Notes: a model not told the origin generated them from the sequence alone. A stretch of DNA of 64,000 bases from an uncultured Fibrobacterota bacterium (GCA_964455935.1 CAYVZU010000008.1:299-64298); one strand, 5' to 3'. Numbered from the stretch's first letter, positions 47,194-56,570 are shown. Translations and numbers: made by a program.

Positions 47194-49449
47194 TCAGGCA
47201 ATTTCCTGCAGGGCAGTCTTGAGGGCGGGCCGGTTGTCGATTTGGGCGAGGTTTTCGAGATAGGGTTTCACGTCAAGAATGCGATTCATTTTTTTGGCCG
47301 TGTCGTACCAATTAAGAACAGCATCGACATTGAGAGGATTCAGTTGGACGGCATGCTGGAATAAGGCAAACGCGTCCGCGAAATTGCCGCGATAGTACGC
47401 AATCACTCCCAAGCCGTTGAAGGCCCGGTCGTGATAAGGCTTTCCGTCCACGACTTCAAGAAAATAGCGCGAGGCCTGAGGTAATTGGGCTGCCTCCAGA
47501 TGCGTAAGTCCCTTTTTATACGATTCCTCCACGACATCAAAATCATCAAAGTTGTTGAGATCGTAAATGGTGGGGCCCTTCCGTTCGATTTGGGCGAGAA
47601 TCGCCGAAATGTCGGCCAATTCCGGCCGCATCTGGACGGCCTTGCGCAGAAGAGGAACGATCTGCTCGACCCGGCGCAGCTTGAGGGCGGTGTCGAACAT
47701 GTTGACTAGCGTATCCTGTACCGTGGGCGCAAGCGCCAGGCTTTTCATGAACCATCCGAATGCCTGTTCGTAATCGCGCGCGTAAAAGGCAATGACACCC
47801 ATATCGCAAAGGGCTTCGAAGTCCTCGGGGTCGGCCTCCAGGACGTTGCGAAATACCGCTGACGCTTCCTGGATCATCCCTTCGCGCAGCAGCCTTTCGC
47901 CGCGCTTGACCAGTTCGCGCATGCCTACAAATTTTTCAAAACGCACTCCGCCGCCGCGCTGGGCTTCCTGGCGAAGCCGTTCGAGATAGCGCGCGGTCTC
48001 GGAGAGCGAAGGCTTCAACGACAAGGCTTGTCGCAGCACGTGTTCGGCGCTCTCCGGCTGATTAAGCTTAAGGCTGACATCGCAGAAATTGAAGAGCGAA
48101 TCTTCGTCGGTGGGGTTGAGGCGCAAGGCTTCGGCAAACCAGCGCTGGGCCTCTTCATTGCGGCCCTCGTACCAGGCCACAAGCCCCAATCCGGCCGGCG
48201 CTTCGAAACGGTTTGGCATGCGCTGGAGCAGTTCAAGAAACAGCCTGGAGGCCTTGCCCAAATCGTTGGCTTTAATAGCCTCTTCAGCGTCGGTCAACGT
48301 GGGCTCGGGCATCTCGGCGCAGAAGTAATAGCGTGCTATCGTTTGAGATGATAATTCCCCAAGGGCCTCTTTCGCGGCCAGGGCGGTCCGATCCCACGTA
48401 AAGTTTTCACGAATGATCCTGGAGCCCTTTTGCGCGCGGGCAATTGCCTCGGAGGCATGCGACCGAACGTACTGCATGGTCTCGACCAGTTCGTCGGGAT
48501 CGGATTCGAGCATCCAGGCTTCCCGGGTTGTCGTCTTGGGCATGACAACCTCCCGGCGTTCGGTTTTCTTCAAATAGAATACGGTTTCGTTTGCCGTAAA
48601 ATCGTCGCAGGCGCCGCCCGCCGTCACGATCACCGGGAGCTCACAGGCTAGGGCCTCGGCCACGGTCAGGCCGAAGCCTTCACCGCGATAGGGGTGAACC
48701 AGGCAGTCACATTCGCGGTAGAGCGATGCCATATCGGTCTCGGCCAGAAAGTCCTGAATCAGGAGCACTTCGGGAGCGCCGGGCGCCTGACGCATCGCCG
48801 CCAGTTTTTGCGCCACATAATCCCCGGGCAGGCCGCCGTAGGCTGTCTTCAGCACCAGGCAGACATCGTCGGCGCTGGTGAAAGCCCGGCTGTAGGCTTC
48901 CAGCAAAATATCCACCCCTTTGCGAAACACACAGTTCCCCACAAAGAGGAATTTAAACGTCGCCTTGCTCTGTTTTGTCCAAACCGGATCGACCCGTTGG
49001 GCGGGCCTATAAAGATAAGGATCCACGCCCAGGGGAATGACCTTGACGCGCTCGGCCGCAACGCCGTCGGCGATATAGGATTCCCGGTTTGTTTTGCTGT
49101 ATACCCAGACCGCATCGGACAGGTGTCGAAAATAAAGGAGCCATTCGCGGTACAGGCTGTTGAGTTCCCACGGTTGAAAGAGCACCCATTTCCCGTCCGA
49201 CGGCGGAACCAGGCGGGGCATGCCCAGATGGCACAAATGAATGTCGGCTTCGGCAGTTGCGCCTTCGCCCAGTTTGGCCAGAAGAAGCGAATCGTACTTC
49301 ATATCCAGCCGCGGGGATTCTCGCGAAAGGAGCGATAGATTGAAGGACTCCTCGCGCAGAAGACGGCGCGCAATTTCCCGATTTACTTTGGAGAACGGAT
49401 CCGCGCCAAAGAAGTTTCCTTCCCACAGAACGCGGGGCGAATTATGCAT
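47194..49449 (-). CDS. Glycosyltransferase family 1 (GT4-like) N-terminal domain fused to a long TPR-repeat C-terminal region
   Basis: YRGEGFGLTVAEALACELPVIVT donor-binding motif. The C-terminal ~400 aa carry repeated TPR-like A..Y..G...A motifs. Confidence 0.8.
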   Translation of the reverse strand: MHNSPRVLWEGNFFGADPFSKVNREIARRLLREESFNLSLLSRESPRLDMKYDSLLLAKLGEGATAEADIHLCHLGMPRLVPPSDGKWVLFQPWELNSLYREWLLYFRHLSDAVWVYSKTNRESYIADGVAAERVKVIPLGVDPYLYRPAQRVDPVWTKQSKATFKFLFVGNCVFRKGVDILLEAYSRAFTSADDVCLVLKTAYGGLPGDYVAQKLAAMRQAPGAPEVLLIQDFLAETDMASLYRECDCLVHPYRGEGFGLTVAEALACELPVIVTAGGACDDFTANETVFYLKKTERREVVMPKTTTREAWMLESDPDELVETMQYVRSHASEAIARAQKGSRIIRENFTWDRTALAAKEALGELSSQTIARYYFCAEMPEPTLTDAEEAIKANDLGKASRLFLELLQRMPNRFEAPAGLGLVAWYEGRNEEAQRWFAEALRLNPTDEDSLFNFCDVSLKLNQPESAEHVLRQALSLKPSLSETARYLERLRQEAQRGGGVRFEKFVGMRELVKRGERLLREGMIQEASAVFRNVLEADPEDFEALCDMGVIAFYARDYEQAFGWFMKSLALAPTVQDTLVNMFDTALKLRRVEQIVPLLRKAVQMRPELADISAILAQIERKGPTIYDLNNFDDFDVVEESYKKGLTHLEAAQLPQASRYFLEVVDGKPYHDRAFNGLGVIAYYRGNFADAFALFQHAVQLNPLNVDAVLNWYDTAKKMNRILDVKPYLENLAQIDNRPALKTALQEIA

Positions 49450-49529
49450 GAGTAATTTCCATTGACGGACGGGAGTAAAGAGCGGCTGGATCGGAGCGCT
49501 TCAAGCCAATTGCCCCCAGCGCAAATTGA

Positions 49530-49611
49530 ATCGTTGTTGACGCGGAGATGCAACAACGATCCCGCACAGAGTGTTGCCTTTCGGACAATTCCTAATTACA
49601 CATTCCTAATT
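49530..49611. promoter_or_regulatory. Candidate operator region: a 10-bp inverted repeat and a 10-bp direct repeat, between merR and the GT1-TPR gene
   Basis: Inverted repeat ATCGTTGTTG-N11-CAACAACGAT at 49530..49560. Direct repeat ATTCCTAATT twice, 14-bp period, at 49588..49611. Confidence 0.4.
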
Positions 49612-49620
49612 CTAATTTCT

Positions 49621-50031
49621 TCAAAATACATGCTCCAACGCCCGGTCCACAAAATTCCTGGCCGCGGGTTCGGCCGGTGTCGGCGTGTTGGCTTCGGCGA
49701 CCTCGCGTTTGGATTTCTGATGGAGCTGGCGCTTGGCGCCCGCGATGCTGAAACCCTCCACCTTCAGCAGGTGCCGGATTTCCTCGATGATCTCGATGTC
49801 GCGCTCGTCATACCTGCGCTGCTGACCGGGCGTCCGGTTGGGAGTAAGGAAATCGGTAAATTCCTTTTCCCAGTAGCGAATGGTGTGGGCGGGCAGCCCG
49901 GTTATTTTTGATACGTCGCCGATCGAAAGGTCTGCATGGCCGTTCACAGCATACCTCCTCTTGGGTGATGCGGTTGAGCGGGAGGCAACATTCCGTGTTT
50001 CCCGGTCTCGTCCTGAAGCTTTGGAGTGCAT
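49621..50031 (-). CDS. MerR-family transcriptional regulator
   Basis: HTH LSIGDVSKITGLPAHTIRYWEKEF. Confidence 0.75.
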   Translation of the reverse strand: MHSKASGRDRETRNVASRSTASPKRRYAVNGHADLSIGDVSKITGLPAHTIRYWEKEFTDFLTPNRTPGQQRRYDERDIEIIEEIRHLLKVEGFSIAGAKRQLHQKSKREVAEANTPTPAEPAARNFVDRALEHVF

Positions 50032-50203
50032 CTTCGAACCAGACGGCTACCTGCCGGACGGCTTCGGGATGCGCTCTCTTCTCAACGCTGTTTGCGTAAT
50101 CCTTTTGCAAAACCTGTACCACGTCAGAAAGTGGCGGTCTAGGTTCGAAATTAGGGTCGAATCGGCAATCGGGTTGGGACGGGGAGCGGAGAGGGCCGAA
50201 AAA

Positions 50204-50229
50204 CCTTCCGTCAGGAAGGATTTTTTTTC
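50204..50229 (-). terminator. Rho-independent terminator overlapping the csrA stop codon
   Basis: Stem CCTTCC/GGAAGG with a 4-nt loop. Flanked by A8 and T5 runs, so bidirectional in form. Confidence 0.55.
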
Positions 50230-50462
50230 TCTTCTTTTTCTTTCCAGATCTTGGCAATACTGGCAACATCGCCCTTCTGGACTTCGGCGGCGCGGCGGTT
50301 TTCTTCCTGAATGCGTTGATACACTTCTTCGCGGTGGACAATGATGCTGCGAGGGGCTTCAATCCCCAGCTTCACATGGCGGGCATCGATTTCAACGACC
50401 GAAATGGTAATTTGATCGTCGATCCGGATCTTCTCTCCCAACTTCCTTGTCAGAACGAGCAT
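50211..50462 (-). CDS. csrA: Carbon storage regulator CsrA
   Basis: MLVLTRKLGEKIRIDD..HREEV, the CsrA signature, with a K/E-rich tail. Confidence 0.9.
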   Translation of the reverse strand: MLVLTRKLGEKIRIDDQITISVVEIDARHVKLGIEAPRSIIVHREEVYQRIQEENRRAAEVQKGDVASIAKIWKEKEEKKNPS

Positions 50463-50556
50463 GGTAGAACTCTCTGTGTTGCGCCCGCGCCGGATGCGCG
50501 GAGAATCGCGTGGTTGAATTCCTTTTCGCTTCTCCTAGACCGCCCCGTGCAGGGGT

Positions 50557-50970
50557 TCAGGAGAGAATCTTTTCCTTCACAGAATACGATCCGTCGTCAA
50601 GAATAATCTGTTTTCCCAGCCGCTTGGAACGGTTGATGATGACCGGACCCATAAGGTTGGCCGTGGTCTGCATGGGATCTTTCTGGAGTGTGACAATACA
50701 ATACAGAGCTACATCCTCGGGCTTGGCCAGTTGCAGACCGTCGATATGGGTCTGGCTGATGGGAGGATTGTAGTCGGGCCGGAAGAGCATAGGGTTGATG
50801 ACCGCGAAGCGGAGCTTTCGGCTTTCCACGTTCACGAGCCACTCAAACGGCTCAAAAGCCGGCATCCGGGTTAGAACGAATTTGCGCGCCTGCTCGAAGC
50901 CGGGAATCCCGCGCTCGAACGTGATGACGTCCTCGTCCGTGTAGACCAAGTCTTCGAATAGATCCGCCAT
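50557..50970 (-). CDS. fliW: Flagellar assembly factor FliW
   Basis: DUF180/FliW family (FERGIPGFE..). Adjacent to csrA and flagellin. Confidence 0.85.
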   Translation of the reverse strand: MADLFEDLVYTDEDVITFERGIPGFEQARKFVLTRMPAFEPFEWLVNVESRKLRFAVINPMLFRPDYNPPISQTHIDGLQLAKPEDVALYCIVTLQKDPMQTTANLMGPVIINRSKRLGKQIILDDGSYSVKEKILS

Positions 50971-51070
50971 AGGAGATAACTACATCTTCTCCTTGCATCT
51001 TGTCAACGGTTTTGCCGTCCTGCGGGAGCGCTGTAAACAGCGCGCCCGGTTCAATCGGTTTCTACTACGC

Positions 51071-51940
51071 TCAGCCCTGGAGCAATTGCAACACGCTCTG
51101 CGGAATCATATTGGCCTGGGCCAGCATGGCTGTGGCCGATTGCGAAATGATCTGGTTGCGCGTGAAATTGGTCGACTCCTCGGCGAAGTCGGTGTCGCGA
51201 ATCTGCGATTCGGCAGCGCTCATGTTCGCATGCTGGTTTTCGATGTTCTTGACCGTGTGTTCAAGCCGGTTAATGTAGGCGCCCAAGTTCGCACGGATTT
51301 CATTGACATGCTGAATCGCCGTGTCCAGACTGGTCAGCGCGGACATGATATTCTCGCGCGACAGCGACAGCGTGGTCCCGGTGAGTTCCGTGCCCTGCAG
51401 GTCCAGGCCTGCGGTCTGTGTGGTCACGGTATCGATCGACAATGCGACGGTATCGATGTCCATGATGTTATTGGGCCCAATATGCAGGATCGATGAAGCC
51501 TCGCCCTGCACGCCAAAACCATCCCCGGAGAGAAGGCTCTGGCCGTTGTACTTGGCCGATTTCGCGATTCGGTCGATTTCCGACATCAGGTGCTGATATT
51601 CGAGATCGAGGTAATCGCGCTCGACCAGCGTCAGAGTGTCGTTGTCGGCCTGCACAGCCAATTCGCGCATACGTTGCAGCATGTCCGAGACCTCGTTCAT
51701 CGCGCCCTCCGCGATGTTAAGCAGGGCAATGCCGTCCATTGCGTTGCGCTTGTTCATGGCGAGTCCGCGGACTTGTGTGCGCAGGCTTTCGGACACGCTC
51801 AAGCCAGCCGCATCGTCCGATGCGCGGTTGATGCGCAAACCCGTCGAGAGCTTTTCGAGTGATTTTTGCAGATCGCGGCCTACGGTTGCAAGGGCGCCAC
51901 CCGTGATCATGGCAGGGATATTGTGATTAATGCGCGGCAT
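51071..51940 (-). CDS. Flagellin
   Basis: Conserved N-terminal (RINHNIPAM..LEKLSTGLRIN) and C-terminal (..ANMIPQSVLQLLQG) flagellin domains. AGGAGG RBS. Confidence 0.9.
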   Translation of the reverse strand: MPRINHNIPAMITGGALATVGRDLQKSLEKLSTGLRINRASDDAAGLSVSESLRTQVRGLAMNKRNAMDGIALLNIAEGAMNEVSDMLQRMRELAVQADNDTLTLVERDYLDLEYQHLMSEIDRIAKSAKYNGQSLLSGDGFGVQGEASSILHIGPNNIMDIDTVALSIDTVTTQTAGLDLQGTELTGTTLSLSRENIMSALTSLDTAIQHVNEIRANLGAYINRLEHTVKNIENQHANMSAAESQIRDTDFAEESTNFTRNQIISQSATAMLAQANMIPQSVLQLLQG

Positions 51941-52111
51941 ACAAACCTCCTAGTTTCCCGAATATCATCCTTGTAACGATCGCCATCCTGGTTTGCTGTT
52001 CCGGCATCCCTGCCCAATTGGTCGCTGTGAATGAACGAATGTCTCCTCCTTTCACACTGAACCGCGCGGCGGCCCCTGTTGGTTTATTGCTTTGGTTTCC
52101 ATTTTTCATTC

Positions 52112-53266
52112 TTATCCCAGAAAATCGACCAGCGATGGCTGGATGATCGAAGCGCCGGCCTTCAGCGAGGCGCTGTAAATATTCTGCAGAACGCTGAACT
52201 CGGTCACGACTTCGGCCATATCGGCGTCTTCGAGCTCCGATTGCAGTCGCGTGATTTCAGTGACCTGCATTTCGTTGCGGCTCCGAGTCAACTCGAAGCG
52301 GTTCATGCGCGATCCGTTAATGGCTTCGGCCGAGAGGACGTTTTTGAATACATAATCGATTTTGGCCAGCGATTCTCGGATTTTGGCGGGGTCGTTCTGC
52401 ACCAGGGCCTGGCTGAAGACGGTCAGATCTTTGATCAGGTTGGCGCTGTTGACCGGATCGTCGAAGACCTGATCAGCCGAGACATTGATCTGCAGCGCCA
52501 CATCCTGTTCGATTTCGCGCAGCAGGGCATCGGTGTTGGGAACCTCCGCCTTCGCAATCCACTCGAAGCGGATCTCGTAGGCCGTTCCGTTTGGCAGGCC
52601 GTCGAGGGCCCCGCCGGCCAGGCGGGTGATGGTCGAGTTCACGTAATCGATTGTATAGTCGACGCCTTCCTTCAAGGTGGCTCCGCCGCTTTTTACGACC
52701 ACCGTTTTCGCTATCAGGTTCTCCACATTGGTGACCGGGGGCAAAGCGGCGTTGTCCTGAATCGAAATTGCCGTGCCCACGGGCGCCAGCAGGTTATCGA
52801 TGGCGCCGTTGAAGGTGCCGTTTTGGAGAGTGTAGGGCGCAATCTTGGTGTTGGTGCCGCCAAAAATGAAGTCGCCCTTATAGGTGGAGTTAACGAGCGT
52901 AATGACCTGCCGCAGCAGCTGTGTCACTTCGTCGGCGACAAAGGCACGCTCCGAGGCCGTATAGGTATCGTTGCTGGCCTGAATGCCCAGCTCCTTGACG
53001 CGTTGAAGAAGCTCGTTCATGCTGGTGAGGGCCGTGTCGGTTACACCCATGAAAGCCAGGCCGTCGTCGAGGTTGCGCCTGTATTGCTTCAGGCGGTTGA
53101 TGCCCGAGCGCAGGCTCAGATCGTTGGTCACGTCAACAGGATCGTCCGAGGGCCGGTTCAGCCGCCGGCCGGTTGCGATCTGTTCCTGCAGTTCGGAGAG
53201 ACGCGAATAGTTTTTCATGACATTGTATTGCATGTTCGCATTGACTTCATGAAAGGTGATGCGCAT
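52112..53266 (-). CDS. flgL: Flagellar hook-associated protein 3 FlgL
   Basis: N-terminal flagellin-like helix (..TGRRLNRPSDDP..) and a C-terminal flagellin_C-like end. Confidence 0.8.
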   Translation of the reverse strand: MRITFHEVNANMQYNVMKNYSRLSELQEQIATGRRLNRPSDDPVDVTNDLSLRSGINRLKQYRRNLDDGLAFMGVTDTALTSMNELLQRVKELGIQASNDTYTASERAFVADEVTQLLRQVITLVNSTYKGDFIFGGTNTKIAPYTLQNGTFNGAIDNLLAPVGTAISIQDNAALPPVTNVENLIAKTVVVKSGGATLKEGVDYTIDYVNSTITRLAGGALDGLPNGTAYEIRFEWIAKAEVPNTDALLREIEQDVALQINVSADQVFDDPVNSANLIKDLTVFSQALVQNDPAKIRESLAKIDYVFKNVLSAEAINGSRMNRFELTRSRNEMQVTEITRLQSELEDADMAEVVTEFSVLQNIYSASLKAGASIIQPSLVDFLG

Positions 53267-53277
53267 TGCGTCCTCCG

Positions 53278-54969
53278 TTACATCTGAATCAGGGTCTGAA
53301 TCATCTCATCGACCACGCTGATGATTCGGGCCGCGGCCGAAAACGCATGCTGGAATTTCACCATGTTGGCCATTTCTTCATCCAGCGAGACGCCGGCAAT
53401 GGAGTCCTGCTGTTTGTTGAGATATCGGATCAGCGTATCGCGCGAGTTGACGTTGGCATCGGCTTCGTTGCGCTCGATTCCCAGCGTGCCGATAATTCCG
53501 CCGTAGAAAGCGCCGAAAGTTACGGTGGCCTCGCCCATGTGGTTTTCACTCATCGTGCTGCGCTGGCGTAACTGTGCGATGGCCAGGGCATTCGAGCCGT
53601 CGCCGGGCCCTTTGCTGCCATTGACCTGGTGGTTGTAGGCGACGCGAATGTCGGCCGCATTGGGCGCGTAGGCCGGATTGAGAAACGTGATGGTTCCGTT
53701 GATGTAGTCAACGATGTAGTCCTTGCCTGCGCCTTCTTCAAGAGTGACCGGGGTGCCTAGCGGATCGTAGGTGACCGTAAGGGTGCCCTGCGCGATATTT
53801 TGGTTCTGAATGCCCGAACTGGTCCCGATCAGATCGTAAGCCGTTCCAATTGCCGCAACGGAGCCGGCCGCCAGCACCGTGGTGTCGGGAATGCTCGTCC
53901 CGCCCGAAGCTGCGGCGATGTTGAGAACGCTTTGTTTGATGGCCGCGCTCAGCTCGATATCCGTCGCATGCGTCTTCTGCGGGTTGAAAAAGCTGGTCCC
54001 GGTAAGGCCGTTGAGGTCATAGCCTGATTCATGAATCTCATTGACCTTTTCAACCAGGACGCGGGCCAGCTCGTCGAGTTGATTCTGGTAAAATGGAATT
54101 GTCTCGTCGCGGACCGTGAAAAGTCCCTTGAGCTCCCCGTCAATGGGCGTGAAGACCTTGTGCGAGTCGGCCATTGCTACCCCAACGTCCAGACGCGAGG
54201 TACCGTCGGCATTCTGGAACGTGGTCGTCGTGGCTTCGAGTTGTGAAAAGTTGACGGGCGATACAAGCATGAACCCGCCCGAGGTCACGGTGATGGCGCC
54301 GTTGGCGTCCTCAATCGTATTGACGTCGATGTACTGCGACAATTCTTTGAGCAGTTGATCGCGCTGGTCACGGCTGTCATTGGCTTTCTGACTGGTGATT
54401 TCAACGGACCGGATTTCCTGATTCAGGTTATAAATTTCCTTGATCACCTCATTGATCCGCTTGACCTTGCTCTCGATCAGCGTATTCTGGGAATCTCGGA
54501 TGCCGCGCAGCTCGCCCGCCACATTGTGCAAGACATCCACAAGAACCTGCGCGTTCGACTGGACCACGCTGCGGGAGCCGTAGTCGCTTGGATTGTTAGC
54601 CAGATCCTGCCAGCTGTTCCAGAACTGATCAAGGTAATGCCCAATGCCCGTATCCTGCGGCTCGGTGAAGGTGTTTTCAACCCGCTCCAGGGCGCTGTTG
54701 ATGATTTCGTAGTAGCCTTTGGACTCAAGCTGGTTCTGAATCTGCTCGTCGAGGAAGCTGTTGCGGACGCGCGTGATGCTTTCAACTTCCACGCCAAAAC
54801 CCATCTGGCCAAAGACCTGGTCCATGCGGGCATCGGCCGACAACGTGAGGACCTTGCGCGAATAGCCTTCGGTGTTGGCATTAGAGATGTTCTGGCCCGT
54901 TACATCCAGGCCCAGTTGCGCGGCCGCCATGCCTCGCACGCCGATTCCAAGAACGTCTGTCAGTCCCAT
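53278..54969 (-). CDS. flgK: Flagellar hook-associated protein 1 FlgK
   Basis: N-terminus GLTDVLGIGVRGMAAAQLGLDVTGQNISNANT, the FlgK signature. Confidence 0.9.
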   Translation of the reverse strand: MGLTDVLGIGVRGMAAAQLGLDVTGQNISNANTEGYSRKVLTLSADARMDQVFGQMGFGVEVESITRVRNSFLDEQIQNQLESKGYYEIINSALERVENTFTEPQDTGIGHYLDQFWNSWQDLANNPSDYGSRSVVQSNAQVLVDVLHNVAGELRGIRDSQNTLIESKVKRINEVIKEIYNLNQEIRSVEITSQKANDSRDQRDQLLKELSQYIDVNTIEDANGAITVTSGGFMLVSPVNFSQLEATTTTFQNADGTSRLDVGVAMADSHKVFTPIDGELKGLFTVRDETIPFYQNQLDELARVLVEKVNEIHESGYDLNGLTGTSFFNPQKTHATDIELSAAIKQSVLNIAAASGGTSIPDTTVLAAGSVAAIGTAYDLIGTSSGIQNQNIAQGTLTVTYDPLGTPVTLEEGAGKDYIVDYINGTITFLNPAYAPNAADIRVAYNHQVNGSKGPGDGSNALAIAQLRQRSTMSENHMGEATVTFGAFYGGIIGTLGIERNEADANVNSRDTLIRYLNKQQDSIAGVSLDEEMANMVKFQHAFSAAARIISVVDEMIQTLIQM

Positions 54970-54984
54970 CCCTGTACCTCCACG

Positions 54985-55485
54985 CTAAGCAACGCGGTTA
55001 AGAACGTTGCGCGCGGCCTTGCAGTCCTGGGGCGTTTTGCCGCCGGCGTTGTATGTGTCTTTTTTGCGCCGGGCGCCCACCAAAATTTCGAACGTGCCTC
55101 GGATGAATTTGAGGGCCTCACCCAGCAGGATCGCATTGGTCTTGTTTTCCCGCTGAATGTGCGAAAGCACGCCGCGGAGCTTCTCGTCCAATTCCAGCAA
55201 TTCGCGGCGAATGGGTTCCTCGGCCTCTTCGGCAATGCGGTGCAGCGTAAGGGTCCGGGGACCTACCCCGGCCTGCTCGGCGAATTCCTCGACCAGGAGC
55301 TGGCGCGCGCCTTCCAGATCCGTAAGAACCGCAACCAGATCTTCCTGTGCGCGCACGCGTTTGCGCAACTCGTCCAGGTCCGATTGTTCGATCCCTTCGC
55401 GGACCTTCTGGCAGGCCTCGATGAATTTGTTGTAGAGCTCCAGCTCTTTTTCCAGTGTTGATTTCAAAACTTTATGGCTGACCAT
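54985..55485 (-). CDS. flgN: FlgN-like flagellar export chaperone
   Basis: Size, helical composition and position (immediately upstream of flgK). Confidence 0.5.
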   Translation of the reverse strand: MVSHKVLKSTLEKELELYNKFIEACQKVREGIEQSDLDELRKRVRAQEDLVAVLTDLEGARQLLVEEFAEQAGVGPRTLTLHRIAEEAEEPIRRELLELDEKLRGVLSHIQRENKTNAILLGEALKFIRGTFEILVGARRKKDTYNAGGKTPQDCKAARNVLNRVA

Positions 55486-55490
55486 ACGGA

Positions 55491-56351
55491 TTACCCTCCG
55501 TAGAGATTACTAAAGTACTGCCGGAACGCGAGAACGTTGCGGACATAGGTCTGTGTTTCGGGATAGGGCGGAATTCCCTTATGGGCCTCAACGGCGCCGG
55601 GTCCTGCATTATAAGAGGCCAGGGCCTGCTCCACATTTCCCGCAAAGCGTTTGAGCATGGAACTCAGATACCGGGCACCGCCCAAAATGTTCTGGGCCGG
55701 GTCAAACGAATCGGCCACGCCCACTTCCGCGGCTGTTGTATCCATCAGCTGCATCAGGCCCTTGGCGCCCGCCGAGGAGACCGCTTGGGGTCGGCCCTGG
55801 GATTCCTGTAGGATCATTCCGCGCAGGAGATTGGCGTCCACATTACTCTGGCGCGAGGCGCTATTAATCAATGAATTGTATTGGGCCACACGGCGCACCG
55901 CATCGGGTTGCGGCAGCGTCGAGATTGGTGCCGGGGTCTGGTAGTTCTCGACCGGCACGCTTGACCGGATCGATTCTCTTTGCAGATCGCGCAGCGTGCC
56001 CTCGGTCCCCTGCGCCTGCTGGGTGTCATTGGAGAGTTGTCGATACAACAGGTCGGCCAGACCAAAGCGGCTGGTACGCGAGGCAAGCTTGGCATATTCG
56101 CTGTCGAGCATATCCGTGAAGATCTGCTCGCCCAGGTTCTTTTCTACAAGGGGATCGGATTCCTGGGACGACCCGCGCATGGCGCGAAGCATGGTCCCTA
56201 CCAGCAGAGACTCGAAGTCTTGGCAGGTTTCTTTCAGCTTCTGCTGGCGCAGGCCGGCCTGGGTCCCAAGCAGAGCCGTGTTGACAGGTGTGGTTTGCAT
56301 AGTGTTTGACATTCCTCGCTGAAGGGTCCCGAAGCAAGCACCATGCCACAT
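55491..56351 (-). CDS. flgJ: FlgJ-like protein: rod-binding N-terminal domain fused to an SLT/GH23 lytic transglycosylase domain
   Basis: DFESLLVGTMLRAMR (Rod_binding) and AKGLMQLM..YNAG (SLT). The start may be an internal M (MSNTMQ). Confidence 0.65.
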   Translation of the reverse strand: MWHGACFGTLQRGMSNTMQTTPVNTALLGTQAGLRQQKLKETCQDFESLLVGTMLRAMRGSSQESDPLVEKNLGEQIFTDMLDSEYAKLASRTSRFGLADLLYRQLSNDTQQAQGTEGTLRDLQRESIRSSVPVENYQTPAPISTLPQPDAVRRVAQYNSLINSASRQSNVDANLLRGMILQESQGRPQAVSSAGAKGLMQLMDTTAAEVGVADSFDPAQNILGGARYLSSMLKRFAGNVEQALASYNAGPGAVEAHKGIPPYPETQTYVRNVLAFRQYFSNLYGG

Positions 56352-56542
56352 TGCCTAACTCGCCTGTTCAGGTCAAAAACCAAACCTCAAGGAATTCTTC
56401 AGCCCGTGCTTTCATGTTGGCGACGGAAGTTTTTTCTGGCCTTTGGGAAAAATGTTCCAGCGATTTCTGAGGTTTTGGGCAATCGCGCGGAGCGGCCACT
56501 TTCCCTATGAAAAATCTGTTTGAGGCAACGTGAATGAATTGC

Positions 56543-56570
56543 TAAAGTCGCCCGCCGGAACTGCCGATAA
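56543..56570 (+). promoter_or_regulatory. Sigma-28 (FliA)-like promoter motif TAAA-N16-GCCGATAA
   Basis: TAAA at 56543 and GCCGATAA at 56563..56570. About 230 nt upstream of the cyclophilin-FKBP gene. Confidence 0.3.

Noticed and set aside
48694-49338. 214-aa plus-strand ORF
   Set aside because: Antisense to the GT1-TPR gene.
52079-53287. 402-aa plus-strand ORF
   Set aside because: Antisense to flgL. It is an Asp/Gly/Val-rich mirror translation.
54355-55461. 368-aa plus-strand ORF
   Set aside because: Antisense to flgK and flgN.
56352-56560. Searched the flgJ-operon upstream region and the flagellin upstream region (51941..52111) for sigma-54 (TGGCAC-N5-TTGCA) and sigma-28 motifs on the minus strand
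   Set aside because: Only poor matches with wrong spacing, so none is reported.
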